This document shows, in pieces, positions 49,273-61,852 of a DNA stretch of 64,000 nt. The position numbers and the translations under genes are program-made. The stretch lies in the NCBI RefSeq assembly GCF_018977255.1, contig NW_024704765.1:4092001-4156000 (forward strand). The letters run 5' to 3'. Every line of letters begins with the position of its first letter. The stretch's first letter is position 1. Under the pieces are notes generated by a model, which saw nothing but the letters and a program-made list of their open reading frames with translations, had not been told where the DNA came from and did not search any database. The DNA is from Callorhinchus milii (Eukaryota).

Positions 49273-52200
49273 TCACTGTTCCCTCTCTTTGGAGGAGAGG
49301 TTGTCAGGGGAGCTTTGGAAGTTGGACTGGGTGTTGTATTCTGGTTTGAAGAGAATAATGTAACATTTGGGGATAAAATAGGCTACGAGAATGCCATAGA
49401 TGCTGATCATACCTGTGGACATCTGGATACATGGCACCAGCTTGCCACTGAAGCTGGTGTAGGTGGGGATGAAGAATATCCAGGCAGCAAAGTAGATGAG
49501 TGTGGAGCGCATGATGCAGCGAGCCAGGTTGTAAGCCTGCCCTGAGCGCTGGCCCATGAACGTACACAGGAAGCATGCAAGGCCTAGCAATGCATTGTAA
49601 GCCACCAACAGCCCAAAGCCAGACAATGAGCTCTCAGAACACTCGACAACTATTTGAGTCTCAGAGACATTGTAATTATTCAACACAGTGGGTGGTAAGC
49701 TGAACTGCCACGTGCACAGTGCCGCCTGACACATAATAATGAAAGCAACCACTAAATATTTCATGCTGGCAATGATCAGCTTGGGGCACAATGTGGGTGG
49801 AATGCTGGATGTCCCACACAACGATCCCACTTGGAAAGCTCTGGTCAACATGACTGATAAGCAGCCGGTGAAGCCGATGTTGAAAATGGGTTGTCTTATG
49901 GTGCATGAGAGCTGGGTAGGGCAGCCCACAAAGCAGAAGATACTGCAGCAGGAGATTGCCAGGGACACCAGCATCACAAAGCACAGGCTGCCACCAGCAA
50001 ACTGCACAATGGGTGTGTGAAAATGGACAATGAAGATAGCGACTGCCGAGATGATGACGAGGAGGGCCAGCACGGCCATGGTGCTGAGGACGATGGTTGG
50101 TGAGTCTGTCCATTCCAAGAATGCAATGCTTTTGTTGTGACATTCCACGCTCCGTTCCTTTGACCACTGATCACTCCGGCACGCTATGCATTTATTCACT
50201 GGGGAAAGAGAGGAAGGAAATATCGCTCTACATTAAAAAAAATTATCTTAAAGAGCACTAATAATCCTCACATTCGATTCTGCACCTATTATAATAATAA
50301 TAATAATCCTTGCATTTGATATAGAGCTTTTCACGTCGGGAGGACGTCCCAAAGCGCTTCACAGAACACACTGTAAAGTGAATTGACTGTATATTTGTGG
50401 GCGAACGCGGCAGCCAATTGCGCACAGCAATGTCCCACAAACAGTCGTAGATTGAAAATGACCAATTTATTATTGTTTTGTTTTGGAGGGATTATTATTA
50501 GGCTCTGTGTGGAGTAAGGAAACTTGCCCAAGGTTTCGCCCTGCCTGGAATTGAACTCAGGTCTCTTGCTTGCAAAGCGAGTGCTCTAACCACTAAGCTA
50601 CAGGACTCCATTATGTGCGACCGTCTCAAAGTGCTACTTGTCAAGTAACCGCTGTTAGGTGTAGTAACTGTGTATCTGTAGGAAAGCAAGGCAGTCAATT
50701 GATGTCCAGCTGTGTACCACAAAGAGCCATTAAGAAAATGAGCAATGCCAGAGGATCTTCACTGAGTTCAGTTCTGGGCAGAGGCTGGTGTGTGCCACTG
50801 TCTGGGGAAATGGCCAGTAGCTGTTAAGGAGGGGAATGACGCTGCAACGTACTTTGATTCTGGAAGGTATTCTTTGGACAGTCAACACACTCATAGCAGC
50901 AGGACTGGTAACCCTTCAACATGCGCACTTGCCCCATCTTGCAGCTGGTGGAGCAGTTCGAAACTGGAATCTGAAAGTCAAAAAGAAACGTTTCCTTATT
51001 GTCTGTCAGGGCTTTGAGCCACTCAATTATGGGGCACGTTGGTTTGAAACCTGCATGATACTCTGATACCAGACTTCAAACTCTACCTATACCCAAATGG
51101 AATTGGAGAGATTGATCAGGAATGTGTCACAGTGGCCAGACTGAAGGCTTGAGTCATCAAGAGTTCTCAGGCAGCGACGATATTCACTAACCAGGAATGA
51201 ATTGGCTCTGCCATTGTCCAGTTTGAAGAAACATTGGTATTGATCTAAGAGCAAGGAATCTCCAGACATTCCTGGTCTGTGAGAAATGATCTCGGCCGGA
51301 CACTGCTATTGGGACCATTAGCCTCTGTGCCCTGGGCTAGGGTAGAAGATAATTTACCAGATTTACCATTACCTTATTTTGGTGTATGGCATATGACAAC
51401 AACAACAACAAGATTCCATTTACAGAGCGCCTTTCACGTCGGGAGGACTTCCCAAGGCGCTGGACAGTTGGGTCAGGACCCGAGCAGGGGGGAAATGGTC
51501 AGGGTGAGGGGAGGGAAGGGAGGGAGCGAGGAGGGGGGAAATGGTCAGGGTGAGGGGAGGGAAGGGAGGGGGTAGAGAGTCGAGAGGGAAGCTGAAGGCA
51601 CGGTCAAAGAGAAAAGTCTTGAGACCGGCCTTGAAGAAGGAAAGGGAGGAAGCAAGGCGAAGGCACTGGGGGATAGACAATCAATTACCTGGTTCCCAGG
51701 AGTGTTCCACTGGATTTGGGACACGTTAATATCCAGCTCTTTCCACAGTGCTCTGTATTCCCCAATTTTTCTGAATTCAGGCTCCTGATCCTTCCCATTC
51801 CAGTGCCAATTAACAATATCATATCCTGTGGGCGGATCTCCATTTGGGGTGAAGTAGATGTCATGGCCATTCAATGTAAAGTTCACTTGTGCCAATGTCT
51901 CCAGGAGCTGATTGAAATGGAACACAGCTTTTAAACATCCAAGGGCATGTGAGAGAACAGTCAGGATCCTGACGGCTTTAGATAAACTGAACGTAAAATA
52001 TGTGACATAGTCATAGATCTGCGAGGGACACAGACTTGAGTGTAAGATCCAGGAGGTGAACAGAGAGTTACGATTGAATGATTTTATTAAATGGAGAATA
52101 CAGGAAGATGGTGCAGGGAGATTGTGTCATCAGATTAAAGGGAATTAGATGTTACAGGGCCCTTGGTGTGTTTTAGAGGTAAATGATTGATGTTTCTGTT

Positions 52201-55056
52201 CTGCACTCTTGATGGTCTTCCATCTCTTTAGCTTCTGCTACATTAAGAATGGTGGTGGTGGTAGTGGGGTGGGGTGAAACTGGTTTACCAAGACTGCATA
52301 CACCGGTAGAATTTACAGACACATGCATAAGCCTGAATCTTGTTACCCAAACAACAACATTTTGCCAACAAAACACACAATCACTACACTTTACAGTATA
52401 TTCTGTGAAGCGCTTTGAGAATCCTCGAAGACGTGATAAGGAGCTGTATCAAATGCAAGAATTATTATTTATTATTATTGTGTAAAACTTTCACGTACCT
52501 GCCATGGATAAATAGACTTCTTCTTGCAACTTCCCGAGTCACACTCCAGCAATGCGTGTAGCGCATGTGCCACTGCGTACACTGCGCTGTACACATTAAA
52601 GGTAATGCGCTGCGGCTGTGTGTCAACAACGCCGTTGTGTGTCTGGACAAAGTGGCTCAGGCAGTCTTGTGCCGCCAGCTCAGTGTGGAGTTTCTTGCTA
52701 TCGTGGCAGATTTCTGTCGGAGTGGGGTTAATGCAGCTGCCAGGATCCTCAGCCAGCACATACTGGTCAAAGCCTGGCATATTGCCGGTCTTGACAGCCA
52801 CTCCCAGGATTGTGCCGATGCTGGCAACATTTGTGAGTGTCTGGAATGAGGTGGAGGTCACCCAGCCCTCACTGGCGATCCAGACTTTGCCGGTAATGTT
52901 AAGCTGCAGGACAGTGTCTATCAGGGCCAAAGCGAAACGATCGTCGCAGAAGACGATGGTCACATTGATCTTGGAGTAGTTGATGTTGTTGACTATGGAA
53001 ACTAGTTTGGCTTTAAATTGGACACCTGTCAGGTGCAATGGAATCAGGTCCTCGTACGCCACGCAGATCTTCCTCTTGGAAGCCTGGACGCTGAAGAGCT
53101 CGATCCCCTGGCGCCCATAGTCATTGTCAGTCCCGATGATCGCAATCCAGTTCCATTGGAACATGTACACAATGGATGCCATGGCATCTGCCTGAACTTC
53201 ATCTGTGGGAATGGTCCGGAAAAATGAGGGGAAATTCCTGCGGTTGCTCAACACGTTGCTGGATGAGGCATAGCTAACCTGCAAAACAAAACTTATCAGA
53301 AGCCTCCAGTGTAATCTGCATTTATCCAGCACCTTACATGGAAAGTAAGGTCTGAAGTGTTAGACAACAGCAGGGGTGAACAGCGAACACGCAATGAGAG
53401 ATTTAAAGCTTTTTAAATCTCTCATCTTGGGCAACCTACTGTTAATATCTCTGATGTGAGAAGAATAAACAACATCAACAACAACTTGCATTTAGCCCTC
53501 ACGCAGGTTAGCGCCCCAGAGTGCTTGACAGTGGCAGAGCACAACGCCAAGCCAGTGAGAAGGGTGATGTGACCGTAGTCATGGTCGAAGAGAAGGGTCT
53601 TCAGGAGTGATCTGAAGATAGGGAAGCAGGAGGCACGGCAAGGAGGTTTTACTTGTCTGGGAGATAGGGGATGGGTGATGAGGGTTGGGCGGTGTGGTTG
53701 GTGGTGGGGCATTGTGGTGGTGTTGGCGGTGGGTGGTGTGGAAGCCCTCTGTTACCTGTGGAAGGAGAAGGAAGCTGAAGAGACGAGCCACTACTATGCT
53801 CAGCTCCGATTGGGAAGGCCCAATGGCAGCCACCACTCGGGTGTTGTACTCAGTGTAGTTACACGTCACCTCAATGCTGTCTTGTTCACTGTTGGACAAC
53901 AAGGCAATCGCTGATTCTATGGCGACAGTGGACTCGAAGCAGGTGTTGTAGATCTCGTATCCCAGCCGCACGCCAGGCAGCAGCTCAGTTCCGTTGTTTA
54001 TCTCCTCGATGGCAAACCTCATGGCCTGTAGCCAGTGGTAGCCTTGGGGGTAGAAACTGCGGAGGAGACAGACAGGCAGGGGAATGAAGTGAGTGCTGAT
54101 TAGATAGAAGACAAAGGCTTTGACCAATCAGCAAACTATTTATTGCTTTACAAGTTTGTTGCTTCTTCCACATCGACTGTATGGTTGTTCAGGGTGGGAG
54201 CTGGAGTCATATCAGTAAGAAGCACAATGACCTGGTCGCAAGGAGTAACTGAGCTCCACAGTTTGAGGGGTTAACATCAGTATTGCCACGACCAGTTTGC
54301 TGATGAAATTAGGCTGTGTTTATCATTTGAATTAGTCACAAAGGCGGACTAATAAAGAGAACCACACAAGATGTGTTAGAGCTGGTTATATTGACTCTGT
54401 CGGTGTGGGTTGGTGTAGCTTTTAATCTATTCCATCGGATGACTCGATCAGAATTGTGTTTAATTTCAAATTTCCTGTCTGCAGTGTGAGCTGCCCATTC
54501 TGCCGTTTCCTCTGTGTTCCATTGGGGTGTATGGTGTGGTGTGTACAATGTGGTGTATGTGGCCCCCAGGCTGTTCCTGTGCCAGTTTAGCCCAATATCG
54601 AGGACGTTCCAAAAACAACTCCCTCTCACCTACACTGGAAATATCTGATATTCACTCAGCACTCCCTCCGTGACTGCATGCCCTGCAACAAGGAATCAAC
54701 CACAACATCATAATCCATTAATCCTTGCTCCAACACGCTACTCTGTCAGCTCACTGAGAGACACAGGATGGGAAGAAAAGTACAAAGTGGAAATTACATT
54801 TGTTTCTGTTGAAGCAGAGGAAGAAAGGGCAGAAAGTATCAGCGCTGTGAGACTCTTACCTTTCACATGATATGTGCTCAGATTTATTGACGCTTTGCAG
54901 GTCAAGTTTACTAGAGTAAATGGGAAACAAGCCTCCTATTATATAATCTCCTGGAGCTAGATACTCTCCCACACGACGGTCCGAACCCTGGGGCTCAGCC
55001 CCATTGTGTCCGACCAGCACCAAACTCGCAAGCATCCAGTAACGAAGAGGCGACAT
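49273..55056 (-). CDS. Taste receptor type 1 (class C GPCR), gene A, complete, 6 exons, 846 aa; T1R3/T1R4-like, tentatively TAS1R4
   Basis: Exons (minus) 55056-54860, 54056-53756, 53278-52499, 51907-51689, 50970-50853, 50198-49273. Sum is 2541 nt, open, GT-AG. Signal peptide; PGDYIIGGLFP; AMRFAIEEINN; PQVSY..FPSFFRTIP; WNWIAIIG; Cys-rich CSTSCKMGQ..SCCYECVDC; 7TM ending YFIPKCYIIL. Six-exon T1R architecture, tail-to-tail with DVL1 as human TAS1R3 is. Family assignment is secure; paralogue name is not. Confidence 0.93.
50291..50609 (-). mobile_element. Full-length tRNA-derived SINE, short young subfamily, in T1R gene A intron 5
   Basis: Near-identical reverse complement of the 30360-30683 element. 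Confidence 0.9.
51396..51672 (-). mobile_element. L2 LINE 3' end abutting the T1R gene A exon 4 donor
   Basis: [23 protein letters not shown]; (CAA)n tail; internal 46-bp-period duplication. Confidence 0.82.
53476..53660 (-). mobile_element. L2 LINE 3' end
   Basis: FRSLLKTLLFDHDYGH remnant with a (CAA)n tail. Confidence 0.75.
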
Positions 55057-55160
55057 GTGCGGCACCTGCTGCTCCTTATGTCACTCGAGACTCCGCTGTT
55101 CGCCAGCTCTGCACTACAATCTCTGGTCCACTTGCACCAAAGCCCTCAGCTCCAGTGGGC

Positions 55161-55168
55161 ATTTGCAT
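55161..55168 (-). promoter_or_regulatory. Octamer (POU/Oct) motif ATGCAAAT upstream of T1R gene A
   Basis: Plus strand atttgcat reads ATGCAAAT on the gene strand, 105 bp upstream of the ATG, in non-repeat sequence. Confidence 0.6.
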
Positions 55169-55435
55169 GAAACTCATCTGCTTTGTTTATGCAGCTGGTT
55201 GGTATGAAATGGCAGCCTGTCAATGCTGTGCCCCCTTGATTCAGCGCCACGCCATCATTTACTCCCCGCCTCACAGCATTTATGAAAGAGGAAGATTATG
55301 TAGCTACGGGGTTCACATCAGACTTTCATTCCAACCTGAAGCTGGGAAGAATGCAGTAACATCAGCAGGGATGTTGTCAGTGAACCAGGGCACTGGCCAG
55401 GAAGAGTTACTGAGCCCCACAGTGCAAGGGAGTTG

Positions 55436-55782
55436 TAATAATAATAATCTAATAATTATATACTGTAATATTATATGCTAAAGCAAATTGACTATATTTT
55501 GTGGCAGAAATGCAGCAGGCAATAGCGCACAGCAGTGACCCACAAACAGTCATGGATTGAATGATCAAATTATTATTATTTATTTATTATTTATTTTTGA
55601 AGGGATTATTACCCCCAGAAAGCGATCCGCCAATCGATTAATGATCGGGTTTCTACTTATTGCTAGGTAGACAGAGGCGTGTGGAGTAAGGAAACTTACC
55701 GAAAATTTAGTCATGCCCGGGAATCTAACCTGGGTCCTCTCGCTTGTGAGGCGAGTGCTCTAACCATTAAATTACAGGACTC
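55436..55782 (-). mobile_element. SINE (long subfamily) upstream of T1R gene A
   Basis: Family core and tRNA head on the minus strand. Confidence 0.82.
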
Positions 55783-55899
55783 ATCAATACAACAATAACA
55801 TCAGTAGCAACACAGTCAGTGACATTGGGCCTAGCCTAGCAATTACTGAGTCCAACAATACAAGAGAACTGGAGTAATTAATGTCAGTGTCCTGGCCTC

Positions 55900-56290
55900 A
55901 ACCATCCTTCCTGACAACCTCTTCTAGTCGTTGATAAAGAAAATATTCCTGGTGTCCTTTGGAACTTTAACCTTGTGTTCTCTTGTTCTACTGTCTCAGT
56001 GCATCCTAGAGTATTGTTCTGCAATTAGTTATTCAATCCCATTTAAACTGTTATTTGCCTCTGTGAGGTTCTTCCCTCCTCAGAGACATCTTCTCTCAAG
56101 ACTGAAAAGCCTGAGCTCGTCTTACCGTTGCTCAGAACTTATTCTCCTACCACTGTGGATCATCCCAGTTGCTCTTTTCTGTACTGTCTCGAACCTGAAT
56201 GTGGAGGTTCTGTGTAGCTCATTTATGTCGCTGCAATGAACTGTATGCGATACTTTAGATGTGGGCTGAACAGAGCATTATATATCAAGT
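55900..56290 (-). mobile_element. Older CR1 LINE fragment
   Basis: Degenerate CR1 ORF2 3' region on the minus strand (ctactgtctcagtgcatcctagagta..., tttagatgtgggctgaacagagcattata). Confidence 0.55.
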
Positions 56291-56534
56291 ATGATTGGTG
56301 CCCAAGGTTAGCAGAGTATTTACCCAGCTTCTTCGCAATAGATGTTAACTGATTTTATTTGTTTTGCTCCTGTTGACCAGCCTGAAGCCAGTGGTGAAAG
56401 CCTGATTTCTGACTGTTTCAGTTAGTTTATTTACAGAGAAGATTATTTGTTGCGATAATCAAGCCAGTAACAAGAGGGCATCAATTGAGGATTGGGAATA
56501 GAGGAAAGGTGGAGTTGAAACATGATTTTACTCA

Positions 56535-56752
56535 AGAGTCTCTTCTCCTTGCCCTCTCTGTTGCCTTGTTCAAGGCATGTCTCAAGACCCTCCTCTTCAT
56601 CCGCATCTTTTGCCACCCTCCTACCCTTGCCCACCTGAGTTCCATCCCTCCTGATCCCAATCTCCTGCTTGGGTTCAAATCACAGACTGTCTAGGGCCTT
56701 GGGACATCTTCTTGACATGAAAGGCGCTGTACAAATGTAATTTGTTGTTTTT
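56535..56752 (+). mobile_element. L2 LINE 3' end between T1R genes A and B
   Basis: LFKACLKTLLF remnant; tgaaaggcgctgtacaaatgtaatttgttg tail. Confidence 0.75.
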
Positions 56753-56930
56753 GATTCCTTTCTCGTCCTTTGTCCATCTCCCATCGTTTACTTCTACATC
56801 TTTCCATTGGCTGAAAGATAGCTATAATGGAGGTGGGTTTGACCAGGTGACACCCTCTCAGAGAGACCGTGGGATTAGGAAACAGTGGGAAAACTCACGT
56901 TCGTTCTGACATTCACTTGTTTATTAAGTT

Positions 56931-59900
56931 TTAAAGAGAATCAACCCCCTTTTCCTTTTCATTGCTCATTGACGTTGGAGGCTCCTGCTTATAAACCTGA
57001 AAGTAAGCCTCTGTGTTACAATGTGGCTTAAAGTGAATGATCCAACATTTGGGGACGAAATATGCTCCAAGGATCCCAAAGGTGCTGCCGAGGACAGTGA
57101 AAACCTCCACCACCGGAGCATATATGCTGCTCACAGCCGAATAGGTTGGAATGAAGGCCACCCAAGCCAAGAAGTACAGTAGCATGGCCAGGCTGATGTC
57201 TCGAGCCAACTTGTAGGTATTGGCTGGGTTCTGGATGAGGAAGGTGCACATGAAGCAGCTCAGAGACTGGAAGCCACTGTGCGCCAGCATCAGCCAGAAG
57301 CTGGTTTCCTCGTGGTTCTTACAGAAGAGCAGCAGCTTGTTGCTCTCCCGCAGCTTAATGAGGAACGGGCCTGGTGTGGTCAGCCACCAGTAGCACAGAG
57401 AAACTTGGATAACCAGGCTGAGCAGCACCACCAGCTGGTTGCCTCTGTGCTTCAGGACACCCAGACATCCCTTGGTCAGGCTGCCCAGCTCGAGTGTGAG
57501 GAGAATCTGCAGAGACTCCCCGAGGAGGGTGGACATACAGAAACTGAGACACATGCTGGTCACCGGCTGTTGTATTTTGCAGGTGTGTTCGGTGGGTTCC
57601 CCGAGGTACAGGAAGGAGCTGCAGCTCGCCATTGCCAGAGAGGTGAGTGTGCCGAAGGTCCTCCTGCCCCCACTGGCCTTGACCATGGGCGTGCCGGAGT
57701 GGCACACAAAAAGGTAAGTCATGAGCCCTGTCAGAGCCAGGCTGAGAGACACTAACAGCAGCAGCAGCACCACCATGGGTGAGCTCCACGCCAGGTACTG
57801 AGGGCTCCTCGGGAAGCACGCAGAGCTCCGAGCCGGGGACCACTCCTCGTAGTGACAGTTAATACACTGACTGACGTCTACAAGAGAAACAGAGAAATCC
57901 CAGTTTGTGACAGTATCATATTAAAAGTCACAGCCTGGCTCAGTCATTTGCACTTTATTGCCTCTGCTCAGAGGTTGTGGGTTCAAGCTCCACACGTTGG
58001 AATTTTGAGCTCAGGGTGATATTCCAGTACAGTATTGTGAGCGCTGTATTGTTAGAGGGAGGCTGAGCCTGGCAGAGCATGAAAGTGAGAAGGACACAGC
58101 GTTATGGAAGGAGGGGAACATTGAAAACCAACCTGAGGCGTTTTGGAAGGTATCCTCCGGACAGTCAATACATTCACTGCAGCACGAGTGCAGACCTTTT
58201 GCCTTCTTCATCTGACCTCGGACACAATCCTTCGAGCAATAGGATTCCGGCACCTGGGAAAACATCAGCGTTAATATTGATCTGTCCTGGTCTAACTGAG
58301 AGAGTGTAACCAGGGCAGTCTCTCTCTCTCTCTCTGACAGTGGGTAGCAAACAGCACTGCAGAAGAGCACAACTTAGCAGTGTATCAGTCAAAGCTAACA
58401 CGATTCTGGGGTTCAGGAGGCAAAGAAGTGATCTGACCAAGATATTCAAAATAACGCAGGGCTTTGAGAGAGTAGATACAGAAGGACCCTTCGTTGAAAT
58501 CCAGGACACGAGGACAGAACCTTAAAATGAGAGTAAATCATTCAAAGGGAAATCAGAAACACTTCCTTTAGAGAATGAGTCACAAGAACATAGAACACAG
58601 TCCCAGAAAGCCATATACTTGGTCAGTCGAGGCGTAGAAGAATGTACTTGGTAAGTAACGCTAATAATTCTTTCTATTGGATGTCAAGAGACATGGAGAA
58701 AGAGCAGGGACATGGTAGGTGTAATGCAGGTGCAATGGGCTAAATAACTGTGTGGCTGGCTCCCACTGTACACTGTAAAGATGTGATTGTGTGTGATTTT
58801 CACCTCCTGGGCTTCAGTCTAACTAATAATAATAATCCTTGCATTTGATATAGCACCTTATCATGTCTTTGAGGTAACTCAAAGCGCTTCACAGAATATA
58901 CTGTAAAGTGAATTGACTATATATTGTGGGCGAAATACGGCAGCTAATTGTGCACAGCAGTGTCCCACAAACAGTCCTGGATTGAAACGACCAATTTTTT
59001 TTTTTGAAGGAATTATTACAAGGCTGGGGTTTTGTGTGCTCACCTCCTCGGTCTCGGTGTGCCAATCTATGTGTGAGGGGCTGATGTCCAGGGATCCGCT
59101 GTAGCTTCCGATCACCGATAACAATAGCTTTTCAACGCTCACTTTCCAAAGGATAATTTCGTAGCTGGTTTTGGGATTTCCGTTGTTGTCGAATTGAATA
59201 CTTCTGTTCCCTACCTCAAAGGCAACTCTGCGCACTTCATCCAGCAACTGTAATCGGTGAGGACAAGAGTTATGGGAACATAGGAACAAGAGGAGGCCAT
59301 TCAGCCCCTCGAGTCTGTTCGGTCATTCTATAAAATCATGGCTAATCTGTACCTGAAGTCCAGTTACCTGCCCTTGCCCCATATCCCTTGATACCCTGAC
59401 CTAACAAATATCTATCCACCTCAGTCTTGAAAACTTGAATGGATCCAGTATCCACAGCCTTTTTGGGGGAGAGAATTCCAGATTTCCACTACCCCTTGTG
59501 TGTGTGTGAAAAATTGCCTCCTCATTTCACTCCTGAAGGGCTTAGTTCTAATTTTAATTCTAATATTTATGACCCCTTGTTCAGGATTCCTCACCAGAGA
59601 AATAGTTTCTCTGTAGTTACTCTACCGAATCTCATTATTATTTTAAGTCATCAGGAAACCCTCTCCCCTCCCCATCCCCCACCCCACCATTCCCCCAGTC
59701 TTTCCCCCCAATCCTAAACCAGGATTGCTGTACCTGCCAGGGGTAAGGGCGGGGAGAGTCCCTGCAGCCCCCTGAGTCGCAGCCCAGCAGCTGGTGCAGC
59801 GCGTGAGCGACACTGTATACCGCCGTGTACACGTTAAATGACTGCCGCTTCTCAAGGTAGTCCAGCCTCTTGATCAGGCTCTCGGCAGAAACGTTGAGAC

Positions 59901-61852
59901 AGGAGAAACAGAGGGATATGGTGGGGGAGTGGGTGTGCACAGAGCTCTGCTGTCTGTCCATGGCCGTCAGGAGGTTAGAGATGTATTGCTGGAAGCCGGG
60001 CATTGTACTGCTTTGGATGACAAAGCCGATCACGGTCCCGACGTTGCCCAACCCCGGGGTGTGGACCATCACATTGGAGGTGACCCAAGCCTCGCTTCCT
60101 ATCCAGACCTTATCGGTGATATTGTGCTTCAGAGCGTACCTGAGCAGAGTCAGAGCCACCTTCTCATTAGAGAAGAGAACGATGACATTGACTTGACTCT
60201 GCTGGATGTGGCCGATGATGGTGGCCATTTTTAGCTCGACGCTGGACACACTGTTATAGCTGGGGACTAGGTGGATATGAGCAATGCAGATGCCCTCCAC
60301 AGCGGCTCTGACTGAGAACAGCTCAATCCCCTGCCGCCCGTACTCGTCGTCACTGCCCACCACCGCAATCCAGTTCCAGCCAAAGGTCTTCACCAAAGCC
60401 ACCATCCCTTCCGCCTGATTCTTGTCGCTTGGGATTGTGCGGAGGAATGAGGGGAAGAGGTCCTTGTTACTCAGCGTCTCGCTTGACGCCCCGTAGCTAA
60501 TCTGTGAACAGAGCAGAGTCTCAGAGCGCAGTCACTCCACGCTATAAATCACTCCTCTTTCTCTATTCATTCTAGATCAGTCACTCCTATACCAACGCCA
60601 GGGCCTCTGAGCTCCCAGTCCGTCTCCCCACCCCCGTCTGCCTGTTCAGGTGGACGTTAAATATCCCACAACTCGAATGGAAAAGGGAAGGAATCTTCTG
60701 TCTTCTGGCAAACAATCCCCAGATAAATTATTCATTCACCTCACAGCTGTTTGTAAGAGATTGCTGTGCACCATTTTGGCTGGTGTAGCTACACTTGACA
60801 GCAATTCCCTGTGAAGCCCCATTGAGGCGTCCAGCATTGACAGATGCTGTGTAAAACGCAATGAATATATTTATGCAGGCACCCTGCCCTTTTCAGGGGA
60901 AATGTGTATATTGAGACTGCAAAGAGGTAAATATGTATGTGAGATCAGCAAAAGTTACCTGAGGGATCAGCATCAGGCCAAACACGGTGCCCAGGATTAT
61001 GGCCAGATCAGAGGTAGCCGGGCCGATGATGGCAATGGCGGTGCTCTGGTACCTGGTATAGTCCTGGAGTACTGCGATGCTGTTGTCTGCGCCGGACATA
61101 AACCTCATGGTTGGCTGGACTGCAACCAGGAAGTCATGGCAGGAGTTGTAGATCTCATAGCCCAGGGTGACGCCCGGGAGTAGCGAGCTAGCGTTATTTA
61201 TCTCGTCGATCGCAAATGTCATGGCCAATGCCCACTCGTAGCCATCCAGAGAAAACCTGCACCCAGAGGAGCAGAGAAACTGTCAACCTCCCATTCAGGC
61301 TTGGAGCTTTCGACCACCCTCCAACCCTCCCTGCCCTCTACCCTTCCTGATCCTGTGCCCCAGCTCTGTTCCAAATCCCTGACTGTCCAGCGCCTTGGGA
61401 TGTCCTCCCGCTGTGAAAGGCGCTATACAAATGTAATTTTGTATTGTATTGTAAACCAAATCGCCCATTGAACCAGTCCTTCACTCTCCACACATCAGCC
61501 ACAGATCCACTCACCTCCGCCTCTCACCTGGCTGACAGGACTCCACACTCACCTTTACCTCTCACCAACCTGGATTCAGCACCTAATCCCAGGCAAAGTA
61601 TGCATCGGTCACAAAATAGCATTATTGGCTTGCAAGCTAACAAGACGAGTCTTACATCTCACAGGACACCGGCTCCGGCCTGGTGCGGTTAGCGAGGTTG
61701 ACGGCCACAGAGTAAATGGGGAAGAAACCCCCGAGAGTATAGTGGCCGGGCAAGCTGAAATGTGCCATCGTGACGCCGAGTCCTTGGGTCTTGGGGTGTG
61801 AACATCCACATGGTATTAAGCCCAGAAGAGTTAGCAACCTGAGGGGAGACAT
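56931..61852 (-). CDS. Taste receptor type 1, gene B, complete, 6 exons, 844 aa; possibly T1R3-like
   Basis: Exons (minus) 61852-61656, 61256-60959, 60501-59734, 59247-59044, 58253-58133, 57877-56931. Sum is 2535 nt, open, GT-AG. FSLPGHYTLGGFFP; AMTFAIDEINN; PQISYGASSETLSNKDLFPSFLRTIPSD; FGWNWIAVVGSDDEYGRQG; VPESYCSKDC..KGLHSCCSECIDC; TPMVKASGG; YFVPKCWII. Confidence 0.93.
58823..59018 (-). mobile_element. SINE 3' half in T1R gene B intron 4
   Basis: (AAT)n tail plus core. Confidence 0.82.
59274..59635 (-). mobile_element. CR1 LINE 3' end in T1R gene B intron 3
   Basis: gggaacataggaacaagaggaggccattcagcccctcgag...; reverse homologue of 11295-11556. Confidence 0.8.

Noticed and set aside
49210-57755. 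Plus-strand ORFs antisense to T1R exons (49210, 49739, 52524, 57279)
   Set aside because: Shadow ORFs of the real minus-strand coding exons.
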